DNA of 64,000 nucleotides from Carcharhinus longimanus (Eukaryota): the NCBI GenBank assembly GCA_030264375.1, contig JASCQW010000133.1, positions 34,354,076 through 34,418,075 on the forward strand, in the 5' to 3' direction. The position numbers were made by a program, and so were the translations under genes. The notes under the pieces are model-generated. The model saw only the letters and a program-made list of their open reading frames with translations. It was not told where the DNA came from and did no database searches. Shown here one piece after another: positions 38,903-51,582 of this stretch (its first letter is position 1; every line of letters begins with the position of its first letter).

Positions 38903-39009
38903 AACTGCACTGAGTGAAAAGAAACCAATTGTGAAAGCAAAGTCACCTGAAAAGAGCACCAAACCTGATGACAAGGACCCAGAGAAGTCACCAGCAAAGA
39001 AACAAGAAG
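38903..39009 (+). CDS. HECTD4: HECTD4 window exon 19
   Basis: gagcag|TALSEKKPIVKAKSPEKSTKPDDKDPEKSPAKKQE G|gtaggc. Confidence 0.9.
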
Positions 39010-39901
39010 GTAGGCCTGATTAGTTTTCTATATTTATTGTAATGTTTGCTGAAGAACTAGCAATTTCAATAACTGTGCCCTTGTTTAACTGGTTATTTTC
39101 AAACTATTCATTGCCATTTTCACTTTAGATAAAGCACAAAACATTCTGTTGCCTTGGGGTAATGTATTCACATGTTGGCCAGTTTAATTGCTCTTTACAA
39201 AGTTAAATGTACTGCTTTTGCCAACAAATAATCTTAGTCACTTTTTGATTCATGAATTTGGTGCACCTGTATCCTTATACCAATAATTTTATTCATCTTA
39301 TTTGTTTCTACCTTGGTTTTGTCAGAAAGTATTCCATTTTTAACATACTTTGCAGTGTATCCATTTTTGCCTTTACTGATCTTGATTATACTAATGATTA
39401 CTCATGAGTAACACCAACCACTGCCCAGAAGTTATTGTAAAAATATAACTCTAAAGTGAGACGTTATTGTCATCAAACATGTGACTCCTGTCATTTAATT
39501 AATAATCTGGAATTTGCACTTTTTTGGTGTGATCACAACCAGTTCAACCTTTAGTCCATATCGGTTTGCTAATATGTAAATAGTATTCAGAGCAATCCCT
39601 CACTATAAAATGCTTTGATAATAGGGTGAGGCTGGTGAAACTGGACTTAAGCGGTTGCAGAATTTCCTAAACTTAGTTTCCCACACGAATTATTAATGCT
39701 AGCTTCCTTCCTGTTTTGTGCAAGTCATCCTGTTAGAATTGTTAGCTGCACTAAAAGTTATTTGACTTGAAATAATTTCGTAGATTTAAGCATGGAAATT
39801 AAATTTACAACTAGCTTGACTACTTGCTTTTGAGACAGCACAACACATGGAACATTGAAAATTTCCTTCACTAATGCTATGAATCTCTCAATCTCCAATA
39901 G

Positions 39902-40025
39902 TACCAGAAGAGAAGTATTTAACATTGGATGGTTTCCAGAAATTTGTTGTAGATCGGTCAAAGCAGGACATCCGCAGCGTTTGGCGAGCAATTCTTTCCT
40001 GTGGATATGACCTCCACTTCGAAAG
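39902..40025 (+). CDS. HECTD4: HECTD4 window exon 20
   Basis: aatag|PEEKYLTLDGFQKFVVDRSKQDIRSVWRAILSCGYDLHFE AG|gtaaga. Confidence 0.93.
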
Positions 40026-40623
40026 GTAAGAAGAGTTCAGGCATAGTATCACAAATCCAGTTGTCTAAAAGGCAGATGCTTTTATAAGCTGCCGTGCATT
40101 CATTTTAACTGTTAAGTGAGTAAAAGAACTTAAGGGGACTGTTTGATTAGGCTCTGCATATGCACAGTGGGCTAATTATCAGCTTCACACACTGGTCTTT
40201 CTACACCCGCAATGGTATGGGTGATCTTTGACCCCACCCAACTTGACTTGGTCTGAATCCAGCACAGCTTTGCGAGTCAGCCTCACTTACCTTATTAATT
40301 TTTTTGAAGCGTTATTCCTNNNNNNNNNNAACTTATTCATTCAATTTCATTTGTCTCCTATTAATTGAATTTTTTTCCTCCGATAATTGGCAAGGTCTGA
40401 AATCCACGCATGCTGCAGCTCCATGGTTGTCGGTTTTGAGACACTGTACCTGTATTACAGATAGAATTTCTTTGCAAGTTAAAGCTGGAATTTACAATTA
40501 ACTACTTTGTACAATGCATTTATTTGCAGATATCATTTTGATAACAGTTATTAATAAATCATGCTTCAACAGTGCTCGGCTGTAGTTGAATTGTATTTTT
40601 AACAATTTCCTTATCTACTACAG

Positions 40624-40814
40624 GTGTGCCTGCATTGACACCAGACATGCCCAGAGATCCTGCAAAAAATGGACTCTAGAGATGGATGTTGCACTTGTAC
40701 AGTACGTCAACCGTCTCTGCCGCCATCTTGCCATCACTCCAGGTCGACTTCATCCCCATGAAGTATACCTTGACCCTGCAGATTTGCCTGACCCAAGGAT
40801 TGCCTGTTTATTGA
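40624..40814 (+). CDS. HECTD4: HECTD4 window exon 21
   Basis: tacag|CACIDTRHAQRSCKKWTLEMDVALVQY...PRIACLL A|gtaagt. Confidence 0.94.
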
Positions 40815-41854
40815 GTAAGTCCTGTACAGATAGTTACAGTGCAACACGCATTAACAGTAATCACGTAGGTCTTCACTGCATATACAAATCTATTGCCCTA
40901 CAGTGAGCCTTTGTCAATTATAACATGCCTAAGAATACTGTCTCCCCAATTTTTTGCCACAAGTTTGAAATTTCAGCTTCTTAGTTTTTCTCAAAGCTGA
41001 CGGTAGTCAATGCAAAGATTCAAAATGGGGAAAATGAAGCATTTATTGGGCCAACAAGTAGGGAAATCAATAGAGGACTTACCTTGAGATGTTATTGTGC
41101 ACTCTGGTGATCATTGAACAGCAATGGTAAGTACTATCATGAACCAGTCAAAGAATATTGTTTGGGTTAGAAGCCCAGAAGAAATGGAACAAAAGGTTTC
41201 TTTCCCAATCCGATTTACTTTCCTCAGATTGCCTGGGTTTTGTATGGTCACTTGGAACTTCTATAATAGGCCTCAACACTTCTGAGTTAGGGATTGGAAG
41301 AATCAGCTATGGGATTAGTTGTCACATGGATATTTCCCTTCCACATCTCTAAACTCCCCACTTAGAGACAGGAAACCAAACAAATCAAAATTTCCTCTGT
41401 TTTGAGAAGACTAAATCCACCATCTTCATCCCCTACCACAAACTGCATATTCTTGCCACTTACAGTATTTAATTCACCTCTTCAATACCGTCTCAGGTTG
41501 GACAAAACTATTTGCAGCCTTGGCTTCCAACTTTATCTGGTGCTGATGTTCCAGCTCTATGCCCACTCCATTTAAAAGAACAACTAGTTTCCCCTCCATA
41601 CCATCACATACCTCTGGTCGCTATTTGTCATCCTCTATAAACGCTGGCCAAGCTTCTGCTGCCCAAGATATCAGATTTAACATTCTCATTACAAAATCCT
41701 TTCATGACCTTACTCCTTCCAGATTTGAGAGTTTGAAATTTGTACCCTTGGACAGAAAATATGCATTGTTTCATAAACACATTTATCAACAACTATCAAA
41801 AATTACCACCATGGCAATGATTCCAGTTAAAAAGTTATTTGTCAAATAGTTGTA

Positions 41855-42140
41855 GGGTGGCACGGTGATTAGCATTGTTGCCCCACAGCGCCAAGGATCC
41901 AGGTTTGATTCCCAGTTTGGGCCATTGTCTGTGCGAAGTCTGCGTGTTCTCCCCATATCTGCGTGGGTTTCCTCCAGGTGCTCCAGTTTCTTCACACAGT
42001 CCAAAGTTGTGCTGATTAGGTGTTAAATTCTCCCTCAGTGTGCCTGAACAGGCGCCAGTGTGTGACAACTGGGGGATTTGCACAGTGGTTTCATTGCAAT
42101 ATTGATGTAAGCCTACTTGTGACACTAATAAATGAACTTT
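41855..42140 (+). mobile_element. tRNA-derived shark SINE (HE1-like head, alternative tail)
   Basis: gggtggcacggtgattagc (A box) ... ggtttgattccc (B box), core tgggtttcctccaggtgctccagtttc; a tail fragment is also at about 32710-32780 (-). Confidence 0.85.
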
Positions 42141-42299
42141 AAAAACTTTAATGAACTGTTTGAGACTTTCTGAGGACATACAAATGGCAATGCCCATTCT
42201 TAAATCACATATCAATTGATAGCCAGGAAATACGTGTGAGATGTGGTTAGCCTTTGTCCTGTATGTTGCGTGCTATTCATTTTGACATACTGTTCCTAG

Positions 42300-42446
42300 A
42301 TATTCCAATCGAAAGTCTTCGGCTTCGTTTCGCTCTACTTCAGTCCTTAAACAACACTTTGGAAACGTTCTTCCTTCCTCTGGTGGAGCTCAGACAGACA
42401 CACACATATATGGACAGCATTGCATCACTGCTACGAGAGTCTAAAG
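42300..42446 (+). CDS. HECTD4: HECTD4 window exon 22
   Basis: cctag|IPIESLRLRFALLQSLNNTLETFFLPLVELRQ...LLRESK G|gtcaga. Confidence 0.94.
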
Positions 42447-42629
42447 GTCAGATGTCAGACACCCCTCCTTGTTGGAGCGCTCAATTGTGTCAGCACTAAT
42501 TTTATCATAATGTGCACTTGTACTTTTGATTCGAAGATAAGCAAATGGAGTATTTATGTACTGTTCCTGTGTAACTTCATGAAGTATTTATATTAATTTC
42601 CTTAATGGTGATGGACTAGGAGCTGTGAA

Positions 42630-43270
42630 GCAGCTGAGGGATTTCAGAATCTGTGTGTACCTTCAAGAAAAGGCTAGTTCATGGGTACAAAGGCTAATGG
42701 AATACTGGATTTTATCTGTAAAGGATTAGTGTTCAGAAATGAAGAAGTGCTGCTTCAGTTGTACAAGAGGCTTCATTGGGAGGCATCTGGGGTACTGAAC
42801 ATTAGGAAAGCTGCATTGATCTTGGAGGGTGGTACAGAATCACCCAGATGTTTAAAGTGGGCAGTTTGCGTAAGTCTGGCTTGTGGCTTCAGAATGTTGC
42901 AGAGGATAATCTAATTGAGATGTTTCAAATAAGACGAGGTTTGATAGGCTAGATACAAAGAAAGTATCTTCTGGTGGGGAATCAAGATTCCAAAGGCCTT
43001 AATCTTAAAATTAGAACTAAGAGTGAAATCAGGACCCCCTTTTTCCACACACTGGCAAATGAAGATATGGAACTCTCTGCCCCAAAAGCTATGGGTGCTG
43101 GGTGAAATTAGATCTTATAGACTGAGATTGTCACATTTTTGTTGGATAAGGCAATCAAGGAGCATGAAACAAACATAAACAGATTAGAAATACAGATCCA
43201 GACATGATCTAATTTAGACATGTAAGCCTTGAGAAGGTAAATTGCCAACTTGTTTTGTTCCTGTGCTCCC
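42630..43270 (+). mobile_element. decayed CR1 LINE 3' portion
   Basis: KANGILDFICKGLVFRNEEVLLQLYK; 3' UTR-like end near 43265. Confidence 0.75.
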
Positions 43271-43371
43271 TGGAGAGAGGAATGTTGGGCAGGATTCTTT
43301 ATTCTCAATGCTATCTAGCATAAGCACCAGATGGAAACTGCACTTGGAAGAATTGTCCTGCACTTTCTGGG

Positions 43372-43830
43372 TTTGATTTGATTTGGTTTTGTCACATGTA
43401 TTGGGATGCATTGAAAAGTATTGTTTATTGTGCGCTATACAGACAAGGCATGTTGTTCATAGTGTGCATAGGGGAGAAGGAANNNNNNNNNNNNNNNNAA
43501 GAATGTAGTGTTGTAGTCATAGCCAGGTGTAGAGAAAGATCAGCTTAAGATATGCTATGTCCATTCAAAAGTCTGATGTCAGCAGAGCAGAAACTGTTCT
43601 TGAGTCAGTTGGTACTTGATCTCAGACTTCTGTATCTCTTTCCTGATGGAAGAAGATGGGAGAGAGAATGTCCAAGGTATTTGAGGTCCTTGATTATGCT
43701 GGCTGCTTTTCCAAGGCAGCATGAAATGTAGACAGACAGTGGCTGAGAGGCTGGTTTGCATAATGGACTGGACTACGTTCACAATCCTTTATAGTTTCTT
43801 GTGGTCTTGGTCCAAACAGAAGCCATATCA
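43372..43830 (-). mobile_element. Rex1/Babar-type LINE 3' end (second copy)
   Basis: Colinear with 12857-13280 (ccattcaaaagtctg...tgattatgctggctgcttttcc); tttga tail. Confidence 0.8.
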
Positions 43831-45679
43831 AGGTTTTGCCTCTTCCTCCAAGCAGCTCACAGTGTTCATCAGTAGTCCATCTCGCCGCTTTTCTTTCATT
43901 ATGTTCAAGTTAGGATTACATAAGACTGGTAACTTGGGATCCTAGTGGCGACCAGCGCACTGGAATAATATGTTGGAAGGACAGCTGTAAAGCAAACTGG
44001 AAAATGATTTTTTTAAGAAGATTTTGAAGGATTGAGGAGATGTGATTCAATGTGCATCCAACATTATCATCACAGTTTGATTACATCTGTTCCCATCTGC
44101 ACTAAAACTTGGATGCCTCACCATAGAGCAGTACTAAGATTGAGGCTCATCAGACCATGGTGACTTAACATGCTTCTTCCCACTGCAATTTCAACCTGCT
44201 AGAATTTCTTAGTTCACCTGTATTCAAATTAATTATTGACAGCTTTGTACATTTTCAAGCCTCTTGCTGGGAATAGATGCTAATGGAATTGATTTTGTTT
44301 CAATGGCTGCAAAATTTCCTCATAGTGCCTGTGGAAGTTAAAAATAGTGGGGTAAACTCTCCAAACCACTTACAAGCATGCAGTATAATGATCACCATGT
44401 TATAATGGGAAATAATGCACGAGTACAGTGCATGTACTAGAAGTATGCAGAGTGGGTATATCACAGAGGGGGTACATTGGAGCAGTCAGTATCCAATATT
44501 CATTTGATGCCTGCTATTTTTGACCTTGTAATCTTATCGTAAGTGCATACAAGTAAGTAATACTCCTTCTCTCCACAAGCTCTGNNNNNNNNNNNNNNNN
44601 NNNNNNNNNNNNNNNNNNNNNNNNNNNNNNNNNNNNNNNNNNNNNNNNNNNNNNNNNNNNNNNNNNNNNNNNNNNNNNNNNNNNNNNNNNNNNNNNNNNN
44701 NNNNNNNNNNNNNNNNNNNNNNNNNNNNNNNNNNNNNNNNNNNNNNNNNNNNNNNNNNNNNNNNNNNNNNNNNNNNNNNNNNNNNNCCTCCTCAACTCTG
44801 ATCTAAACTGCACCCCCCCTTATCTTGAGGCTGTGCCCTCTAGTCCTGCTATCCTTTCTAAGCAGGAAGAATCTCTCTACCTCTACCTCTTTGTCCACAT
44901 GGTGTCTTCATCAAACACTTACCTAAACCAAGAGCAGTAAGTGAGGCTCCTTGTCATTTGGTAGGATTTGGCATTTGTGAATGCATTCTCTGACATATAA
45001 GGTCATAATGGAATTCTAGCCACATCCTTGGCACTGGACTGTTGCCATTTGCCACCATGGCCTCCTGCCTCCGCTCCCTTCTGAGCAGTTGTGCAGAGGG
45101 AAAAGAACCTTTATCTTCCAGCCCACCACCTGCACCAGCAACTCCAGCATGACATCAAGAAATCTGCAGGTACATACCCTTACAAGCCCTTTCTGATTGA
45201 CTTTCAGTGTTGCCCCATGAGTTCCAACCCTTGCTGCAACTAGAACATGCCTAGAAAGTACGTTCAGGCTTTAAGTGGTGCTAGTCTCTGATCCCCTACT
45301 GTGGCATGATGCCACTAAGCATCGCTGGGCTGCACAACACAATCATTAAAATGAGCAGACAACACAAAGTTTGTGTGCTGTGTGCTGTCTGCATCATTTG
45401 ACCCGGGTGCAAAATAATCACGCATTGTGATCTTCACACCTGAACTTGGTTGTCATCCAAATTAGCCTCCAATCTTCTGACACTGAATTGGATGTAACTA
45501 GGCCATGTTTCTAGCTGTTCAGCTCGTGTGAGCTTTAGTTCAGTATTGCCTTGTCACCAACTTGTCTTCCCATTTGCAATTTTTTCACTAGTTAGACACC
45601 AGAGCTCCAAGTAAATTGTAAAAATGTTCATAACTATTCTGGTGAACTTGTCCTTGTTCATAAATACTTTTTTCTTCAG

Positions 45680-45799
45680 GGTTAGTGTTTTATGATACTA
45701 AAGTGGCTGTGATGAACCGGGTTTTGAATGCAACGGTACAGCGGACTGCAGACCATGCTGCACCTGAAATAACTCTGGATCCGCTGGAAATAGTGGGAG
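45680..45799 (+). CDS. HECTD4: HECTD4 window exon 23
   Basis: ttcag|LVFYDTKVAVMNRVLNATVQRTADHAAPEITLDPLEIVG G|gtaagc. Confidence 0.94.
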
Positions 45800-46236
45800 G
45801 TAAGCAGTGAAAGGTTGGAATTGACAAATGTGCCTGTTTTTCTCAAAAAATACAGGGGTTGGTTTGTGCACTACTTTTTCCATAGTATTGGCTTGCTTCA
45901 TAGTTCGCCATTCTAAACCTTGAAATTCACACTGAAAATTGAAATATTTCCATTGGAAAATCTGGATATTTCAATTATGGCAATAGTTGGACTCTGCTGA
46001 TGATTAAATATTGGTTTATTTTGGGCATAATCCAGAATTAGAAAATCAGGGTTTTGTTAACCATTTTTCCCAAATTGAGAAAGTTTGACATGTTACAGCA
46101 ACATTAATGTGTCTTTTTTTTTTGTTTTTTTTTTCATCTTTTAGTTCCACCTTTTTTAAAGGTGCCTGCTTATTAGAGGGCACAGATTATATGAGACTAC
46201 TGTCCTTAGCTTCAGAAAATTGAGTCATTCAAGTTA

Positions 46237-46548
46237 GGGCAGCACAGTAGTTAGCACTGCTGCCTCACAGTGACAGGGACCCAGGTTTAATTCTGGCCTT
46301 GAGTAACTGTGTGTGGAGTTTGCACATTCTCCCCATCCTCTGGTGCTCCTGTTTCCTCCCACAGTCCAAAGATGTGCAGATTAGTTTGATTGGCAATGCT
46401 AAATTGCCCCTTAGTGTCAGGGGGATTAGCAGGGTAAATGCTAATTTAAATATGTGGGGTTATGGGCATAGGGCCTGGGTGGGATTGTTGTCAGTGCAGA
46501 CTTGATGGGCTGAAGCGGCCTCCTGCGCTGTAGGAATTCTATTCTATG
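46237..46548 (+). mobile_element. HE1-type tRNA SINE
   Basis: A/B box head, gtttcctcccacagtccaaagatgtgca core, attctattctatga tail. Confidence 0.88.
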
Positions 46549-46559
46549 AAGTGATTTTT

Positions 46560-48350
46560 TTGTAAATATTTTTGGGTTTTTTCCCTTTTAAACAAAATAA
46601 CATACCCATAAAACTGCTACAGTACAGCTCATTTGTTTCACCGTATAGAAAAAAAAAGTTGATCCATCTAACCCAGTGCTTCAACCTAAAGAGTAAAAGG
46701 ATAAAGCGAGAAAGAATAAAATAACATCAGGGAGACAGCCTCGCATACGGAATATTAGGGACAATACCTTCATGTTCTACGAAAAGCCTTGTAGAAGTAA
46801 ATCTGACACTATGGAACCTGAATACTTGAGATAGAGGCCCTATACTTTCGGAATGAATCCGACTTGGATCAAAGTATAGAAGTTATAAATTCCATTGGAG
46901 TACACACCATTCTAATATACAGAAGGTGTCTTGTCATTGATCCAAAAATATTTTTTTGTGCTACAAATGTTAGAATATTCTACAATCTTTTCTCATTATC
47001 ATGTTTATCTGGTAGCATCGGAACAAAACATTAAGTTCATCCCCAAGGTTATATCAGATTTTTTTTTACAGCTTTTTAGGTATACCTTACCAGAACAGAC
47101 ACAGTATATATTCCTCTATTCAAATTTATATTTTTGGCACAATGGAGATATGCTGGGGTCCATCTTGTGTCTTAAACTTAGTGAAATAAACAATGTGAAA
47201 TTTTTAGTTGTATCACCTTCACTATTATTACAGAGAGAAATTTTTATGCATTCAACCAGACATTCCCAATTATTTCACCACGAGATTCCTTTCCCAATCT
47301 GAGGTGGTACTTGCATATTTAGAACAAGAAGTGTCATAAGACTTACTAATTTAATCATTTTGGTTCCGTGAGCAGGGGAGACGCTGGCATAATTCTAAAA
47401 AAGAAATGTCTGGGGATATTACATATTTGACATGGTTGATCAAAAAATAAGGAGCCTCCTCTAAACAAATCCACTGATCTTGAGAGCCCCTATCATATCC
47501 AGTGTAAAAATCATAGTCCGTGAGACCTGGAGGGAAATCAGGGTTTCCCTGTATGTGAGTGAGAGCAGAAGTTAACATAGATTGCGTCCTCTTCCAAGCT
47601 CGTAGAGTATTAAAATTATTGGATTCTCACATTTGTCTGGTACTGTCTTGAAATTTCTAAGAAACATAAGAGTTTGTAAAGCATATTTAGGCTGACGAGC
47701 CTCACTATCAAGACAAATGAAAGCATGGTCCTTTATCCATTCCTGTGTAAATCTAAGATGAGAAGCTAGCTGATACAATTTTTTTATTAGGCACATCAAG
47801 GCCCCTTTGTGAACTTGAAGTTGCAATTTAGCCAGTTTTAAGTGAAATCTCTTTTTGTTCCATATAAAGGTGCTGAAATACCCTTCATCAATACTAACCT
47901 GCACAACCATGACTTAGGTAAAAAGGTCGCGCGATGTAGATCACACTTTATGGATGCGAATAAAGTTTGCCTTGTGCAGCTGACAGAATGAGGGAGTAAT
48001 CAAAGTACCAGAAGGGAACCAGAAAGGGGAAGGTAGCAAGGGTTATCAAATGTTATTGTAGAGTTGTTGAGTGTCCTCCTCAGTATGGCTGGATACGGGA
48101 GGGCACACTGTGCTGTACGAGCCTTCAGTCATCTTCTAACTTTATTGAAACCTGTTGTACTGCCACTGAAAAATCTTGTTAGAAAGAGACCTTATATCTA
48201 TCATAGAGGACCCACTACGTCTAGCTGTCTTTTGACCATCTTTGAAGTTGTGAAGACGCTTAATTATGGCCCAGGGTTATTGGTTGTTTTTGGGCCTTGA
48301 AGCAAGTGAGTGATATGCCCTTTCCAGTTTGATGCACCCAGTTTTTGTTT
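46560..48350 (-). mobile_element. decayed L1-clade LINE ORF2 3' half
   Basis: YFSTFIWNKKRFHLKLAKLQLQVHKG...LYQLASHLRF resembles the L1 FIW...KGG..LP..Y region; many stops. Confidence 0.65.
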
Positions 48351-48561
48351 GTTTATTGAGAAAGTGTGATAGCCAATTTAGAGAATTTTAAGTGGCAGCA
48401 TACTCTTGGCTCCTTCCGATAAACCGATAATCCAAAAATCTTCCCCTGACTTCGGTTCTCTGAATCATCTTGATGTTCTGACATTGTGAGCAGCTGTTTT
48501 TTGATAGACTGTAAATGTGCCTCTGCAAAGGAAGTTGCGCTTTCCACAATAAGAATTTCTT

Positions 48562-48864
48562 GGGTGGCACAGTGGTAGCACTGCTGCCTCATGTGTCTGG
48601 GACCCAGATTCAATTTTGACCCCAGGTGACTGTGGAATTTTACATTTTCTGTACATCAGTTTCTTCCGGATGCTCCGGTTTTCTCCAAAGATATGCAGGT
48701 TAGGTTGATTGGCATGCTGAAGTGCTCCTTAGAGTCGGGGATTAGCAGGCTAAATATANNNNNNNNNNGGTTATAGACATAGGGCCCAACTGATTGTTGT
48801 CAATGCAGACTTGATGGGCTGAATGGCCCCCTTCTGCACTTTAGGCATTCCATGATTCTGATTC
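48562..48864 (+). mobile_element. HE1-type tRNA SINE
   Basis: gggtggcacagtggtagcactgctgcctca...gatgggctgaatggcccccttctgcact; similar to 46237-46548. Confidence 0.85.
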
Positions 48865-49241
48865 CTCATCTTCATCAAGCCTTTTACCAGTGTTCTGCAA
48901 TTTTATAGCATGTATGAACACTGATGTTTTGCACTAAAAGATCAAGTTGCTCATCTATAACATCAATATTAGCAGTCATCAGTTGTAATGCCTTTGAAAG
49001 TGCCAGATCAAGAGCTAACCATGCTAAAAAAACAGATACTGCCAGTTGCCTCTAGCTGACTTTTCTTATCAGTGGCTTTCTTTCCATTTGTCAGCATTTT
49101 GTTAGTGGAGTTCAGCCAAAAACCCTTCAGGGACATATGGAGCTTTCCCTCCCAATTTAACTGAATGTGAGCTGCGTTAAAGCAATAAGCGCCAGAGTTC
49201 AATGGAAACAATGTCCGTACCACATGACCCCCATGATTCAA

Positions 49242-49640
49242 ATGATCTTGTTGAAGCATATATGATCTTGTTGAAGCATATATGATCCTGAGGGAATTTG
49301 ATTGGGTGGACACTAGGTAGATGTCTCCAATTGTGGGGGGAAATAGAACCAGGAGAATAGAACCGGCTTGAGAATAAGAGATCTACTGTTCAAGACGGAG
49401 TCAAGGAACTTTTTCTCTCACAGGGTCGTTAATGGTGAAATTCTCTTCCCCTGAAAGCAGTAGAGCCTGGGTCAATGAATTAATTCAAGATGGAGTTAGA
49501 TTTTTGATACACAAAGGGATTCGAGAGTTATGGGAGGAAGGAAAACAATGAATTGAGACCACAACCAGATCAGCCTGATCCTATTGAATGGCAAACCAGG
49601 CATGAGGTGCTGAATGGCCTTCTCCTACTCCGAAGGCCTA
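49242..49640 (+). mobile_element. CR1 LINE 3' fragment with a 20-bp tandem duplication at its 5' junction
   Basis: atgatcttgttgaagcatat x2, then CR1 3' sequence ending tgaatggccttctcctactcc. Confidence 0.75.
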
Positions 49641-50105
49641 TAAATATTTATTTTGAAAATTTTTAAATTTCAGTTTTATTGTGTTTATCTTCATTTTTAA
49701 GCAACATTTTGATTTTTTTCTAAACAATCACTGGTTACTCAGCATTTCAGTGACCGTTTAGAAAATAATTCCAGTTTGTTGGATGAGTAAATGCAGCTTT
49801 TGCCGCAGCCCAGCAGCTCCGACGCTGTTTTCTAAGGTTGTGTAGCCTTTTACATCTAAAATATAAATTAATTAACTTACTATTCTATTGTTTAGTATTT
49901 CAATGCAAATTGATTTTTTGAGTCATTAATGCATTCAAGTGTGCAAGAGACATAGACAACACCAGAAGCAAACTGAGACAATTACAGTAACTAAAAGGTA
50001 TAGATTTTTTAGTGATTTGGTCTGAGCAGTGCCAATCGAGAATTACTAGTTTCTGTGCCATTTCAACTCACTGGCTTGGTCACCGTTTTCTTTAAATGAT
50101 CATAG

Positions 50106-50261
50106 GTGAAATCCGTACATCAGAGAACACCTACTTCTGCCAGGCAGCTCGACAACTGGCATTAGTGCCTTCTTCCCAGCTCTGTGTTAAGTTGGCGAGC
50201 GGTGGGGACCCAACCTACGCATTTAATATTCGCTTCACTGGTGAAGAAGTACATGGAACAA
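50106..50261 (+). CDS. HECTD4: HECTD4 window exon 24 (start of HECT region)
   Basis: catag|EIRTSENTYFCQAARQLA...FNIRFTGEEVHGT A|gtaaga. Confidence 0.94.
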
Positions 50262-51478
50262 GTAAGATACGGGCTCAGCGTTTTGTTATTAAAGTGCGAA
50301 TTGCAGCTGCTGTGATGTATGTTAATATAAAACCTTGTTTCCCAAACCTCTCCCTCTCTTTCGCTTCTCCTTCACTGCCCTTTGCCTTTCTCTTCCCCCT
50401 CATTGTTTCTCTTCTCCCCTCTCAAGGTGTGGGCTTCAGCTGGAGTGCAGGTTCACAAGCAGTCACTGCTTTCCAGTCCTCCTTCAGCTGACCATTTTAC
50501 ACATTAGGTTGAGACAGGAAACGTTGACAAACTGTTTGACATTGCCAAGCATTACAGCCAAGTCAGGTATTGTGGTCACCTTGCATCCTGCTTTAAATAC
50601 CTTCCTGTAGCAGTCACTGAACAGTGGTCAGCAATGGGAAATTTATCTGATATTTTTCCTCCCTATAGATCCAGTTGCTTGTCTGGCTCAGGTCAAGCTA
50701 ATTCACAACAAAACAGAAATCGAACCCAATTTCTCTGAGTTTCTACTGCTTTGGGATACACTGGGTAGCATTTTGCTATCAAAGGAACTTGCATGCCCAG
50801 TTTGTATTCACAACCTAGATTGTAGAGAGTATACTTTGTCTGCTCGTGATTGTAATTGATATGTGATCGGTTTTAAATGTGTCTGTGTAACTCTGTCATG
50901 CCCATCAATACTTGATTTAGTAGTACCTCCCTGGGAGAGAGTCTGGATACTTGCCTTCACAACCCAGAGAACAAAATGTATAAGCCACTATAATGCTGGA
51001 GAGAGTAAATATACTTTAATGTGCCTAAATCTCAGTTGAAAAATAAAGATATGGGTATTGAGTGTGATATTTTGCTTAAATGGGGGAGAGTGTTGCTTTG
51101 AATTTTTTGTTAATGAAAAAGAAGCAAAAATTAAAAAACAAAAAGTTCAAAGCAACACTGTTTTTCTTCTGAGATCTGATTTTAACTTCAAAGTATCCTA
51201 GGGGGCAGGAGCAACTCCAGATTTCTTCCCCCTTTATTGTCAGCATGGTTTAGTCGATAACATTTCCTGAGCTCGAGGGTTCTGGGGTTGGCTTCCACTT
51301 CAGGAGCTCAATGTCTGTTGAAATTTCAGTGCAACCGTTTTGTGCTCCATTCTAAGGTGGTTATATTGCAGGTGAAATATTGCACATGTTTGCTCTGGTT
51401 ACAATATGCCAGAGCATCCCCTGTCTCAAAGGGTTTTTTTTGTTTCTAGTGAATCAGTGTCTTTCGTTTGGATTCTAG

Positions 51479-51582
51479 GTGGATCGTTCCGACATTTCCT
51501 GTGGCAAGTGTGTAAAGAGTTACAGAGTTCAGCACTTTCCCTTCTTGTACCATGCCCGAGTTCAGCAGCCAACAGAAACAAG
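51479..51582 (+). CDS. HECTD4: HECTD4 window exon 25 (HECT)
   Basis: ttctag|GSFRHFLWQVCKELQSSALSLLVPCPSSAANRNK|gtaatc. Confidence 0.94.

Noticed and set aside
39326-39328. Possible 3-nt microexon after a long AG-free tract (gtcag|AAA|gtattc)
   Set aside because: Weak donor; expected by chance in T-rich intron.
41855-41925. tRNA genes at SINE heads
   Set aside because: A and B boxes run straight into SINE core and tail with no complete cloverleaf.
44544-44552. Possible 9-nt microexon (taag|TGCATACAA|gtaagt)
   Set aside because: AAG acceptor, modest pyrimidine tract, next to a gap and repeat, and it would interrupt a conserved segment; no other support.
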